Virus record (IMG/VR): IMGVR_UViG_3300045988_149624
Origin: a virus
Length of the DNA stretch: 64,000 nucleotides
Reading direction: 5' to 3' (one strand)
The notes beneath the pieces were generated by a model that was not told the origin of the DNA, ran no database searches, and was given only the letters and a program-made list of their open reading frames with translations. Shown piece by piece: positions 36,440 to 46,035 of the stretch. The position numbers and the translations under genes were made by a program. Positions within the stretch are counted from its first letter, which is position 1, and each line of letters opens with the position of its first letter.

Positions 36440-36712
36440 TTATCTCCTTCTTTCATACTTACGCTGAACATTAACTCCATCTATGAGTGCCCATTGATAT
36501 ATTCTTGCTAAATATATTTCTTTATATTCATTTAGGTCAATATTATTTTTTTCTATATATTTATCTATTACTTCTTTTTGCTCTGAAATTTTCTTTTCAT
36601 TTTCTTTCATCTTTTTCTTCCTGCCTTGAATACAAAACATCAAACCGTCAGATAATAATTGACATAAATCATCAAGCATAGATGTTATTTCTCCGTAATG
36701 TTCCGTTTTCAT
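36440..36712 (-). CDS. Hypothetical protein
   Basis: AAGGAG RBS after promoter P2. Confidence 0.6.
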   Translation of the reverse strand: MKTEHYGEITSMLDDLCQLLSDGLMFCIQGRKKKMKENEKKISEQKEVIDKYIEKNNIDLNEYKEIYLARIYQWALIDGVNVQRKYERRR

Positions 36713-36736
36713 ATTATTACTCCTTTCTATATTTAT

Positions 36737-36765
36737 ATTATATCATATTTTATTAATGTTGTCAA
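36737..36765 (-). promoter_or_regulatory. Conserved early promoter P2
   Basis: TTGACA, 17 nt spacer, TATAAT on the minus strand. Confidence 0.75.
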
Positions 36766-36770
36766 CCTTA

Positions 36771-36875
36771 CTACTTAAAAATTTTAAGTAGGCTTATTAA
36801 AAGTTTTAAGTAACTCACTTAATTTTTTTAAAACTATAAATACTTATATAAATACTTATATATAAATACTTATAT
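36771..36875. repeat. Palindromes plus three tandem AAATACTTATAT units (iteron/operator candidates)
   Basis: 21-bp perfect palindrome CTACTTAAAAATTTTAAGTAG (36771-36791). TTAAGT-5 nt-ACTTAA (36806-36822). Tandem units at 36838, 36850 and 36864. Confidence 0.85.
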
Positions 36876-36913
36876 ACTCACACAAGAAAACTTGTATGAA
36901 ACTAAATTTCATT

Positions 36914-37354
36914 TTATTCTTCTTTATTAAAAGTAAACGTATAAATTTTCCCTTCTGTTTCTTTAACTATAGAATCCAAAACTTCTCTTATTTCTTTTTC
37001 TTCTTGGTCTTCCATTTCATCTTGAACTATTATAGGAATAAAAATTTTATAAATATTATTTGTATATTTACTAAGTTTACATTCAAATTTGCTTATTTTT
37101 ATTAATCCCAATTCTTCTAAATTTTTAATACATTTTGTAACTGTAGGGATGCTCATATTAATATTTTTAGAAATAGTATTAAGACTAGGAAAGGCATATC
37201 CCAGTTCTCTGTTGTAATTACTACATAGATAACAGTAAACCTTAAATTCGTTTCCGTTGGTTAATTTAAAAATATCATTACTTATTTGTGTAAAATTTCC
37301 ATCTAACCTATCGTACCTTCTTAAAGAATATTTAATGCAACCTGCCCTTTTCAT
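36914..37354 (-). CDS. Winged-helix/HTH DNA-binding protein (replication-initiator- or regulator-like)
   Basis: ATG after AAGGAG. FPSLNTISKNINMSIPTVTKCIKNLEELGLIKI is a typical HTH segment. Confidence 0.6.
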   Translation of the reverse strand: MKRAGCIKYSLRRYDRLDGNFTQISNDIFKLTNGNEFKVYCYLCSNYNRELGYAFPSLNTISKNINMSIPTVTKCIKNLEELGLIKISKFECKLSKYTNNIYKIFIPIIVQDEMEDQEEKEIREVLDSIVKETEGKIYTFTFNKEE

Positions 37355-37379
37355 ATCTATCACTCCTTTCTATACACTT

Positions 37380-37408
37380 ATTATATCATATTTTACTAAT
37401 GTTGTCAA
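37380..37408 (-). promoter_or_regulatory. Conserved early promoter P3
   Basis: TTGACA, 17 nt spacer, TATAAT on the minus strand. Confidence 0.75.
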
Positions 37409-37414
37409 GTATTT

Positions 37415-37651
37415 TTATAAAATTTCTTCAAATTCAAATTTATTAAGTGTATTGCTTATAACAGTAAAATATTTATAATCTTCTTCTCCAGTAGCAAGAT
37501 TTTTTACCTTTAGCATCTTTTGATAACCTGCATAGTTATCAAGGGTAGAAGATAAAAGAATTTCATCTCCTACTTTTAAGTCTTTAAAAACTTTTGCTTG
37601 TGTTCTTTTCTTAATTTTTGTAACTCTTAATTTTAATTTTAATTCAAGCAT
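37415..37651 (-). CDS. Hypothetical protein
   Basis: AAAGGAG RBS. Confidence 0.55.
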   Translation of the reverse strand: MLELKLKLRVTKIKKRTQAKVFKDLKVGDEILLSSTLDNYAGYQKMLKVKNLATGEEDYKYFTVISNTLNKFEFEEIL

Positions 37652-37654
37652 ACC

Positions 37655-38146
37655 TTACTCCTTTATATATTTTAAAATATCCAAGTCATTAACCTTAATA
37701 CAGTTATCTTGTAACCATTTTAAAGGAATACTCTTTCTGTTATAGACTTCTTCAAAATTTAAAAGCAATTTAGCATTAAATAAAAAGATTTCGTTCGTTT
37801 GTCTCATTTCTACAATCATATAAACTCTATCTGTATAGTTTAGATATTCCTCTATTAATTCAAATTGATAAGGTTTTATATTGGATAGAGGGAAAGAGGT
37901 GCTATTATTACAACTTTTAGCTTCAATAAATACTACTTCTCCATTCTTTAAGCAACCACAATAATCAAGGAAATGAGACTTATCCTTAGGATAAGCCGTA
38001 ACTATTTTTCCTTTTGCCCCTCTAATAACTACCCAATCAGTAGGTACTTTAGATATAAAAGCTAATTTATTTTTTCTATATTCATTAAATTTATCTGATA
38101 ATCTTATTTCAAAATTTTTACCTATTTTATTACTATTTTTTGCCAT
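37655..38146 (-). CDS. recU: RecU-like Holliday-junction resolvase
   Basis: GKNFE..YRKNKLAFISKVPT...LDYCGCL..GEVVFIEAKSC..FPLSNIKPYQ matches the RecU pattern. Confidence 0.65.
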   Translation of the reverse strand: MAKNSNKIGKNFEIRLSDKFNEYRKNKLAFISKVPTDWVVIRGAKGKIVTAYPKDKSHFLDYCGCLKNGEVVFIEAKSCNNSTSFPLSNIKPYQFELIEEYLNYTDRVYMIVEMRQTNEIFLFNAKLLLNFEEVYNRKSIPLKWLQDNCIKVNDLDILKYIKE

Positions 38147-38459
38147 TAAAATTCTCCGTTTCTTTTAATTCTTTTGATATTTCTTTTATCACTTCAGGGT
38201 TTTTCTTTTCATATATAATACAAAGAATCATCATTACTGCTAAATAACAATGATATATAGGTATAAAGCATTTTAGAATTTCTTTTAAACATGGATTTGC
38301 CATCTCTTTTACGGCTTCCTTTGCTAATTCTTCTGTCATATAAAGTGAAAAAATATCTTTAGAATAAATATTTTTAGATAACTTTACAGTGAATATTTTC
38401 AACAAAACTAAAGCTATTAACGATACTAAAAGATAAATTAAAAATATTGTTCTTATCAT
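38133..38459 (-). CDS. Membrane protein
   Basis: ATG after AAGGAGAG. Hydrophobic helices at the N-terminus and mid-protein. Confidence 0.5.
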   Translation of the reverse strand: MIRTIFLIYLLVSLIALVLLKIFTVKLSKNIYSKDIFSLYMTEELAKEAVKEMANPCLKEILKCFIPIYHCYLAVMMILCIIYEKKNPEVIKEISKELKETENFNGKK

Positions 38460-38460
38460 A

Positions 38461-38763
38461 TTACTCTCCTTTCGCAGCACTTAAAATACAAGTTTTATAA
38501 TAACCATAATCCTTTTTCATCATTATGAACCCCCATGTAAAACCAACTAAGGGAACAAAATGAACAAGAGGTATCATACAAGTAAGGGCTATACTAAAAG
38601 TATTCCCAAAAGATAAGATTAAATCTTTACCTCTTTCTGTTTTTATTAATTCCTCTATAAAGTCTCTATCACTGGCAGTTTTTCTTATAACATATTCTCC
38701 TATAAAGAAACTAACAATACTTATTATTATCCATACAGCTACAAGTACTTTAATTATCACCAT
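38461..38763 (-). CDS. Membrane protein
   Basis: Second ATG, 9 nt after AAGGAGA. About three hydrophobic helices. Confidence 0.5.
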   Translation of the reverse strand: MVIIKVLVAVWIIISIVSFFIGEYVIRKTASDRDFIEELIKTERGKDLILSFGNTFSIALTCMIPLVHFVPLVGFTWGFIMMKKDYGYYKTCILSAAKGE

Positions 38764-38768
38764 TTTTA

Positions 38769-39344
38769 TCATTCTCCTTTTAAAATATTTTCTATTACTT
38801 TATCTATATTATTAAAAACCTCTTCTAAAGGTTTATTAGTATCTATTTCATAATCTGTTTTAGGTCTTCTTTCTATAAAATCGAGTTCATCTCTAATTTC
38901 TCTATCCAAAACCTCTTTTACATTGACATTTTCGTCCCTATTTAAGCTTCTAATTAATCTAACTCTAGCATCGCAATTAAGCATAATTGATACTAAATTA
39001 TCTTTATATTGAGATTTATTAAATTGATATAACCCATGAGGATTTAATATTGTCAGTATATAGTCGCCTTTTTCAAACTCTCCTACAACATTTGCATATG
39101 TATAAGATACATCTTCTGATTGAATATAATAAGAAGTATATTCAATAACTTCTCCGTTTTTAAATTTTTCGTGCATTTCATCATCAGATATAAAAAAATA
39201 CTCTACCCCTTGGGTTTCGTTTGACCTCATAGGTCTTGTAGTATAAGATATTGCTATTGGTATATTATATTTTTCAGATATGTGTTTGGCTACTGTATCT
39301 TTTCCAGTAGCAGATGCTCCTAATAAAACTATTATTTTTTTCAT
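38769..39344 (-). CDS. Guanylate-kinase-like nucleoside monophosphate kinase
   Basis: P-loop LLGASATGKDT. SYTTRPMRSNETQGVEYFF matches the Gmk family. Confidence 0.7.
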   Translation of the reverse strand: MKKIIVLLGASATGKDTVAKHISEKYNIPIAISYTTRPMRSNETQGVEYFFISDDEMHEKFKNGEVIEYTSYYIQSEDVSYTYANVVGEFEKGDYILTILNPHGLYQFNKSQYKDNLVSIMLNCDARVRLIRSLNRDENVNVKEVLDREIRDELDFIERRPKTDYEIDTNKPLEEVFNNIDKVIENILKGE

Positions 39345-39358
39345 ATCATCACCCTTTC

Positions 39359-39535
39359 TTAATCATCAACGGTTAATGTATATAATATAAAAGCCAACAT
39401 TGTGCAAGTTATTGAAATTATTAGTATATTATCGGAATAAGGAAGTATAGTTGGGAAAAAGATTAATCCCAACGTATAGATTCCTAATAAAATTGCAATT
39501 ATTAAATATATACTTGATAATTTTATTTTCTTCAT
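39359..39535 (-). CDS. Small membrane protein
   Basis: Internal ATG after AAAGGA. Two hydrophobic helices. Confidence 0.45.
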   Translation of the reverse strand: MKKIKLSSIYLIIAILLGIYTLGLIFFPTILPYSDNILIISITCTMLAFILYTLTVDD

Positions 39536-39539
39536 ATCT

Positions 39540-39878
39540 TTATCCTTTCTTAACAAATTCATACAACATACATATTAATTCTTCTCCAAGTTCCCAAGAA
39601 ACATTTATTGCAATATAATTTTCTACCTCTTTATTGATTCTACAATTTATACCATCATTTGCTAATAATCTTCTTGCGACTCTACCTAACTCGCCACATA
39701 TTGCAGTTTTACTCTCTGTTGCAAAAGGGTGTGACCATAAGCTCATTTCTGTTATAGAAAGAGGCAAAGAGGTATGAGTACTTTTAACTTTTCTAACTTC
39801 AATTTTTGTGACTAAAGTCCACTCGTTTAAATCTATTCCTACGGCTTCGTTAAATACATTTCTTATGCCATAAAACAT
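39540..39878 (-). CDS. Hypothetical protein
   Basis: GGAGAG RBS. Confidence 0.55.
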   Translation of the reverse strand: MFYGIRNVFNEAVGIDLNEWTLVTKIEVRKVKSTHTSLPLSITEMSLWSHPFATESKTAICGELGRVARRLLANDGINCRINKEVENYIAINVSWELGEELICMLYEFVKKG

Positions 39879-39880
39879 AT

Positions 39881-40120
39881 TTACTCTCCTTTTAAATTAT
39901 TGTTATTCATATCTTTAAGAATAAATATACTATCTTCGTCTCTTAAAACCGCATATTCTCCTGTATACACTAAGTCTCCACTCTTTTTTAATTTGATATA
40001 TTTTTCACTTCTAAAGAAATGTAGCAATATTCTCCCGTCTTTATCAAAATTAAAGAAACAGCGTTCTCCTATCAATTCTTTAAAGTATTCATGTTTGCTA
40101 TCTACAAATAATAAAACCAT
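39881..40120 (-). CDS. Hypothetical protein
   Basis: AAAGGAGTGA RBS. Confidence 0.55.
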   Translation of the reverse strand: MVLLFVDSKHEYFKELIGERCFFNFDKDGRILLHFFRSEKYIKLKKSGDLVYTGEYAVLRDEDSIFILKDMNNNNLKGE

Positions 40121-40132
40121 AAAATCACTCCT

Positions 40133-40636
40133 TTATATATCTAATAAAACAACCTTATGTTCTTTTAAGGTTTTTGGTACATCTATAATTCTTTGATTAG
40201 ACGACCCTCTTAATTTTAAGGTTACATCTTTCTCTTTCATTTCAAATCTTCCATCTATTAATACATCTATATTCTTAAATATTTTTTCTCCATATTTTTT
40301 TAATAAGTCTTCATATAAATATCCAGTCCATACATATATCTTTATAGAATTGTCAAATGTTTTAATCTCATTTATTATAGTTGTTACTTCTTTTATATTA
40401 TTAGAATGTAACGGCTCTCCACCTAAAATACTGAAATTTCTTTTTATTCCATTAGCAGTTAATGAACGTTTAATATATTGTAATTCTCTACCACCAAAAG
40501 GCTTTCCACCATTAAAATTCCAAGCTTCTTTATTAAAGCAATCTGGACATTTCCCCTCACATCCTTGAACAAATAATGAAACACAAACTCCTTCTCCATT
40601 TATTGAGTCATTAGGTTTAATACTTGAATATCTCAT
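40133..40636 (-). CDS. nrdG: Anaerobic ribonucleotide reductase activating protein (radical SAM)
   Basis: CVSLFVQGCEGKCPDCFN cluster motif. Lies directly downstream of nrdD. Confidence 0.8.
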   Translation of the reverse strand: MRYSSIKPNDSINGEGVCVSLFVQGCEGKCPDCFNKEAWNFNGGKPFGGRELQYIKRSLTANGIKRNFSILGGEPLHSNNIKEVTTIINEIKTFDNSIKIYVWTGYLYEDLLKKYGEKIFKNIDVLIDGRFEMKEKDVTLKLRGSSNQRIIDVPKTLKEHKVVLLDI

Positions 40637-40673
40637 TTTATCACCTCCTTAGAAGGGACGAATCCCTTCTAAT

Positions 40674-42824
40674 TTATAAATGTTTAACTCTATTTAATAT
40701 ATCCAATACTCTTCCCTTAGTCCATTGATTTTCTCCAAGATAGCCACAAGTTCTTCTTACAACAGAAAGTTTATTTTGATTGCTATTATGACATTGAGGA
40801 CACACCCATATATCGTTATCTAAATCATACTCCATAACTCCCCTATAATGGCACTCTCCACAAACATCAGATTCAAAATTTACTTCTGCATATATATTAT
40901 GAAGATACATAAAATCAACTAATTGCTCTAATGCTTTTGGATTTTTGCTCATATTATAAGTTTCTACATATGACACAACTCCACCTAATGAATGGTCTTG
41001 TAGAGTTCCTTCTAATTCTAGTTTGCTAAAGGCATCAATTTCTTCCCTAACATCTACATGATAAGAATTTGTAATAAAACCTTTATCTGTTATATCTTTT
41101 ATTTCTCCGAACTGTTGTTTAATTTTATTAGCGAATAATCCACCTGTTGATTCTTGAGGACTTCCATATAAAGCAAATAATAAGCCTGTTTCCTCTTTCC
41201 ATTCTTTTACTTTGTTTTCTAAATGTTTCATTATTTCTAATGCTAATACATATCCTTTATATGTTGTATGTGATTCCCCTGTAAGATATTTAACTGTTTC
41301 ATATATTCCACTATATCCTAAAGATACTGTAAAATTTTTCTTTATAGTTGGAAGAACTTCATCTTCAGGATTTAATCTTGCAAATACTCCATGTTGCCAC
41401 AAGATAGGAGCGACACTTGCTTTAACCCCTTTAAACTTATCATATCTTAATATACCCATTCTTTTACATAAGTCTAATTTTTCATCTAATATTTTCCAAA
41501 ATTCATCTATATCTCCATTGGAAAGTATAGCTATATAAGGTAAATTTATTGTTTGGACTCCAACATTACCTCTACCATAAAAGAAAGGTTTTCCTTTTTC
41601 ATCAAATATAGGAGATAAGAAGGAGCGACATCCCATGCATGGAAAGGCATATCCGTATTTTTCTTTCATTTTTTTTACAGAAATATAATCCGGAGCCATT
41701 CTTAAAGATGTAGATTTAATTGCTAATTGTTTTAAATAATAATATTCAGAAGTAGGGTACATATTATCTTCATCTAAAAAGAATAATAATTTAGGGAAAG
41801 TGGGTGTGCTTTTAACCCCAAATTCATTTTCCATTCCTTCTATTCTTTGATTTAAAAATTCTTCAATTAACATAGCAGTTTCTTTTTTATATTCAGGGTT
41901 TTCATCTAAATACATACAAAGAGATATAAATGGAGACTGTCCATTAGTGGAATTCATTGTAGATATTTGATAATTAAATGTCTGTACGCTATCTTTGATT
42001 TCTTTTTTTAATCTTTTTTCTACTATTTTATTAATTTCATCATCAGATAAAACTTTATGTATTAAATTCATTTCTTCTAAAAGTTCTTCTTTTATTTTTT
42101 TTTCACTTACTCTAACATAAGGTGCTAAATGGGATAAACTCATTGTTTGCCCTCCATAAGTGAAAGAACTTATCTGTGTAGCTATTTGTGTTGCTAACGT
42201 ACTAGCAGTTCTTAGAGATTTCGGAGTTCTTATTAGCTTTTTATTTATTACTGTTCCTTCTTCAAACATCTTATCTAATGGTACAAGTTCGCAATTTGAG
42301 ATATTTTGTACATAATAATCCAAATCATGTATATGAATGACACCTTCATCATGTGCCTTTACTATATCTTGAGGTATCATTTGTGTTTTTGCTATATACT
42401 TACTTATTTCACCTGCAATTAAATCTCTTTGAGTACTAACTATTTGCCCTTGTTTATTAGAGTTTTCTGTTAAAACCTCTTTATTAGAATAATCTATTAA
42501 ACCTAAAACACTTTTATCTAATGGATGTTGATTTCTAATTCTGTTTCTCTCTGCTCTGTAAAGTATATAGGCTTTTGCAGTATTCTTTAATCCTCTTTCC
42601 ATAAGTTTAAATTCAACTAAATCCTGTATATCTTCTATTCCTATATATTCATCATCAATTTCTTCACAAACATCATCTGCTACCAATTTTGATAAAGCCA
42701 CTATTTGTGAGTTTTTACATTCCTTTGTCTCAACTAATGCTTTTCTTATAGCTACCTCAATTTTTTCTTTATCAAATTCTTCAATAGAACCATTTCTTTT
42801 AATCACAAACATTGATAATTTCAT
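40674..42824 (-). CDS. nrdD: Anaerobic (class III) ribonucleoside-triphosphate reductase
   Basis: ATP-cone VIKRNGSIEEFDKEKI. C-terminal CGEC..CPQC zinc ribbon. Glycyl-radical motif RRTCGYLG. The start is uncertain (42824 or 42812). Confidence 0.85.
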   Translation of the reverse strand: MKLSMFVIKRNGSIEEFDKEKIEVAIRKALVETKECKNSQIVALSKLVADDVCEEIDDEYIGIEDIQDLVEFKLMERGLKNTAKAYILYRAERNRIRNQHPLDKSVLGLIDYSNKEVLTENSNKQGQIVSTQRDLIAGEISKYIAKTQMIPQDIVKAHDEGVIHIHDLDYYVQNISNCELVPLDKMFEEGTVINKKLIRTPKSLRTASTLATQIATQISSFTYGGQTMSLSHLAPYVRVSEKKIKEELLEEMNLIHKVLSDDEINKIVEKRLKKEIKDSVQTFNYQISTMNSTNGQSPFISLCMYLDENPEYKKETAMLIEEFLNQRIEGMENEFGVKSTPTFPKLLFFLDEDNMYPTSEYYYLKQLAIKSTSLRMAPDYISVKKMKEKYGYAFPCMGCRSFLSPIFDEKGKPFFYGRGNVGVQTINLPYIAILSNGDIDEFWKILDEKLDLCKRMGILRYDKFKGVKASVAPILWQHGVFARLNPEDEVLPTIKKNFTVSLGYSGIYETVKYLTGESHTTYKGYVLALEIMKHLENKVKEWKEETGLLFALYGSPQESTGGLFANKIKQQFGEIKDITDKGFITNSYHVDVREEIDAFSKLELEGTLQDHSLGGVVSYVETYNMSKNPKALEQLVDFMYLHNIYAEVNFESDVCGECHYRGVMEYDLDNDIWVCPQCHNSNQNKLSVVRRTCGYLGENQWTKGRVLDILNRVKHL

Positions 42825-42849
42825 TTCCTTTCTACTTATTTTATTTATT

Positions 42850-43116
42850 TTAGCCTTCATATTTCTCCACCAATTCATCGAAGTCCCTCTCTAAAATGTC
42901 ATAATTTCCTTTTAACTCGTCATAATCTTCTTTCAGTCTATCATAATTCCATTTTAAGTCATCATACCTTTCCTCCAATTCACCATGTACTTCTTCTAAA
43001 GATTGCATTTCATAACTTAAATCTATATAGTCTTTCTCCATCTCTTTGTATTCGTCTAATTCAATATATAGCTCATTAAGTTTTTCTAATAGCTGCTCTC
43101 TTGATAATCCGTTCAT
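42850..43116 (-). CDS. Highly acidic coiled-coil protein (88 aa)
   Basis: First gene after promoter P4. Repeats of the YD(D/E)LK type. Roughly a third of residues are D/E. Confidence 0.6.
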   Translation of the reverse strand: MNGLSREQLLEKLNELYIELDEYKEMEKDYIDLSYEMQSLEEVHGELEERYDDLKWNYDRLKEDYDELKGNYDILERDFDELVEKYEG

Positions 43117-43139
43117 ATCATCACCCTTTCTATATTTAT

Positions 43140-43168
43140 ATTATACCATATTTTAATAATGTTGTCAA
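43140..43168 (-). promoter_or_regulatory. Conserved early promoter P4
   Basis: TTGACA, 17 nt spacer, TATAAT. The -35 box contains the dam stop codon. Confidence 0.75.
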
Positions 43169-44028
43169 CTATTTTTTATATTTGTTATTAATACTTCTTT
43201 GATACTTTTAACGCCTTTTCTATTTTGACCTGTCCCTGTTGTGTTAGATAATTCTATTACTTGATAATCATTCTTATTGATTATATCATTTAGCTCTTTA
43301 TACATAACACCATCTCTTTCAAGATAATTAAAATATATAAAATCACATTTATTTTCATCTAATAGAGTTAGTAAATAATCATTATGTTTTTTGCTAAAGT
43401 CCATATTATACATTTCATCCATTAAAATATATGGCGGATCTAATATAAATAAATCTTTCTCATTAGGAGAAATATTTAATATGTCTTCTGTAAAAAATTC
43501 ATAATTATTTTTATTTAATTCTATATTCAAATCATTTAATCCATTTACTATTATTTTCTTCATAGTATCTGTAAAAAATTCAGTCTTTTTACCCAATCCT
43601 CTAAATCCTTGGTTAAATTCTCCTTTAGAATTAAATCTAACCATAGAATTACTACACATTTTTAATAATAAGGCTGTTTCATATATAAAAGCATCATCAA
43701 ACCTGTTATTTTTATATTTTTTATTCCAGTATTCTCTAAAGTTATAATAATCCTCTTTGCTACTAAATCTATTCCATTGATTCAATGTAATTTCAATTTG
43801 ATGTATATTAAAATTATCTATAACTCTAATACGTTCATATATATATGGTAATAACCTATTTTTATCATTTCCAATAAATCTATTAGCAGTACATTCTAAA
43901 TTTAAAAGTATATTCCCTGACCCCATAAAACAATCTACAACATCATTATACTTTTTATCTCTTACTAAATCATTTATTGTCCCTATATATTTATATTTAT
44001 TCCCTACCCAATTAAACGGTGATTTCAT
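43165..44028 (-). CDS. dam: DNA N6-adenine methyltransferase (Dam/D12 class)
   Basis: Start at the ATG after AGGAGGA. SPFNWVGNKYKY, FMGSGN (FxGxG) and ILDPPY (DPPY). Confidence 0.8.
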   Translation of the reverse strand: MKSPFNWVGNKYKYIGTINDLVRDKKYNDVVDCFMGSGNILLNLECTANRFIGNDKNRLLPYIYERIRVIDNFNIHQIEITLNQWNRFSSKEDYYNFREYWNKKYKNNRFDDAFIYETALLLKMCSNSMVRFNSKGEFNQGFRGLGKKTEFFTDTMKKIIVNGLNDLNIELNKNNYEFFTEDILNISPNEKDLFILDPPYILMDEMYNMDFSKKHNDYLLTLLDENKCDFIYFNYLERDGVMYKELNDIINKNDYQVIELSNTTGTGQNRKGVKSIKEVLITNIKNS

Positions 44029-44095
44029 AGTAAGTCCTCCTATTAACATTATATTTATTTTTATAATATAATTTATCACCTCCTTTCTTATTTAT

Positions 44096-44124
44096 ATTAT
44101 ATCATAAATTAATACTATTGTCAA
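44096..44124 (-). promoter_or_regulatory. Conserved early promoter P5
   Basis: TTGACA, 17 nt spacer, TATAAT on the minus strand. Confidence 0.7.
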
Positions 44125-44126
44125 CC

Positions 44127-46007
44127 CTAAATAACAAAACAATTATTTTTCTTATTTATGATTCCTATTTTTTTACTTATCCCACTAAATAAGAAATCCT
44201 CTTCTGCCGTAAATTTTAGTTGAGCCTTTGCATCCTCTGAGCCGTGATGAACGAATATTCTACTACAATTCATACCTTTCATATAAGAAATTAATTCTTT
44301 TCTTTGTATATGTCCCGTAAAGCTATTATATACATTAACTTCACATCTTATAGGAACGCTCTTATTCTCTATTGTTACAGATTTAGCACCTCTTTGAATT
44401 TTGCCACCTAGAGTCCTGTCAGAACAATATCCTATAAAACATATGCAATCTTGTTTTCTAGGAAGAATATGTTTAGCATATGCAACAGAATGCCCACCTG
44501 CCAACATACCTGAAGAAGATATTATAACACAAGGATTCTTCGTTTGTCTTGCCATCAATTCTGTTTTCTTATATTCATCAATAAATATGAAATTATCCCA
44601 AGACACTACTTCTTTCCAACGGTTTAATAATTCTCCTTGTAGCGTCTTTTCGTATACTTTATTAATCTCATTTGTTAACCTTGAATCTACTATAACTTTA
44701 ATATTTTTAAATTCTTCTTCATCTTTAAAAGTATGATACAATAAATCCATTATAGACTGACTTCTGTCAAAGCTAAAACAAGGTATAAGTATTCTATTTC
44801 CTTTATAAGTAACTTCTCTAATCTTATTAAGCAACCCTTCTACATCTTTTTCTACATCCTTTTTTGAAAACCCTCTATCTCCATAAGTACTTTCAAAGAT
44901 TGCGATATTTGCCTTAGAAACATTTCTTCTTTCATCACAATAAGGTTTATACTGTTGATTATAGCTAGAACCTAAATCAGATGAATAAAATATTTTTACT
45001 ATTCGACCACTTGGCTTTTTAATAAATATCTCTAAGGAAGTGCTACCAAAACAATGGTTATTAGAAACAAACCTAAAAGATAAATTAGAATTAATTTTAT
45101 GCATTACTTCCTTATCATATATTTTAATTTTATCTAAAATTCTAAATACATCAGATTCGTCATATAACATTTCGTATTTTTTACCTTTGTTATTCATACT
45201 TATTATGTTTCTTTTTTGTATAAAAGCCGAGTCAAGCAACATAGGACTTAATAGTTGAGCAGTTTCATAAGTAGTAACAACATTTCCGTCAAACCCTCTT
45301 GTAATCCCACTAGGTATATTGGCAACATGATCAGCATGACAATGACATACAAATATATTACTTGCTAGATTAAAAGGTATGTTATCTACCATTTTTTTAT
45401 TGGCATTAAAATCTTCTACCATTCTATTTGTTTGTATACTTCCACACTCTAACAGAATTAGGTCTCTTCCTCCGTTATCTAATGGATATTCTATGGCAAA
45501 ACATGAACCTGTAACATCTTCTGTTGAGCCACCTAAAGAAGTAATAATTATTTTATTTTTATATTTTTTGTTATTAGCAAAATGATGCTTGAATTTTTTC
45601 TTTTCAACTATCATTAAATTTTCTTTTCTATTGTCCAATATATTTCCGTTTACATATTCAATTTTATTATCTGTATCCATTAAAAGGCTAGGCAAATCAA
45701 ATGTATATCTATCTGTAGAACCAACTATATGTTTGCCTACCTTTTTCCAAACCACATTCTTTACTATATCTATATCTTCAATATCTATTAAGATTTTTTC
45801 TTCTATCTCTTCTTGATAAATATCGTATAGAACAATTTCTGCATAATCATTGTGGATTCTAATTTCATTAGGTTCATTTTCTGTTCTATCACTTGTTGTT
45901 ATACAGAACCCAAATTCATTATATTCATTTAAATGTTTGGCGCATAACATCTTTTTATTTTTATGTTTTAACTCTCTTCCACAAACTTTACATACTAATT
46001 TGTTCAT
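44127..46007 (-). CDS. Metallo-beta-lactamase/beta-CASP-type nuclease fused to an N-terminal Zn-ribbon and a degenerate HNH_3-like domain
   Basis: CKVCG..CAKH. IEYVNGNILDNRKENL (HNH_3 pattern with Tyr in place of the first His). MBL motif HCHADH. Confidence 0.65.
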   Translation of the reverse strand: MNKLVCKVCGRELKHKNKKMLCAKHLNEYNEFGFCITTSDRTENEPNEIRIHNDYAEIVLYDIYQEEIEEKILIDIEDIDIVKNVVWKKVGKHIVGSTDRYTFDLPSLLMDTDNKIEYVNGNILDNRKENLMIVEKKKFKHHFANNKKYKNKIIITSLGGSTEDVTGSCFAIEYPLDNGGRDLILLECGSIQTNRMVEDFNANKKMVDNIPFNLASNIFVCHCHADHVANIPSGITRGFDGNVVTTYETAQLLSPMLLDSAFIQKRNIISMNNKGKKYEMLYDESDVFRILDKIKIYDKEVMHKINSNLSFRFVSNNHCFGSTSLEIFIKKPSGRIVKIFYSSDLGSSYNQQYKPYCDERRNVSKANIAIFESTYGDRGFSKKDVEKDVEGLLNKIREVTYKGNRILIPCFSFDRSQSIMDLLYHTFKDEEEFKNIKVIVDSRLTNEINKVYEKTLQGELLNRWKEVVSWDNFIFIDEYKKTELMARQTKNPCVIISSSGMLAGGHSVAYAKHILPRKQDCICFIGYCSDRTLGGKIQRGAKSVTIENKSVPIRCEVNVYNSFTGHIQRKELISYMKGMNCSRIFVHHGSEDAKAQLKFTAEEDFLFSGISKKIGIINKKNNCFVI

Positions 46008-46035
46008 ATAATTATCAACTCTTTCTTATTTATAT

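Noticed and set aside
36838-36875. Possible CRISPR-like array (tandem AAATACTTATAT)
   Set aside because: The units are 12-14 nt, directly abutting with no spacers, and there are only three copies. This is iteron-like, not CRISPR.
36896-37478. + strand ORFs 36896..37105 and 37257..37478
   Set aside because: They are antisense to the HTH gene and promoter P3, with F/I/L/Y-rich nonsense-like translations.
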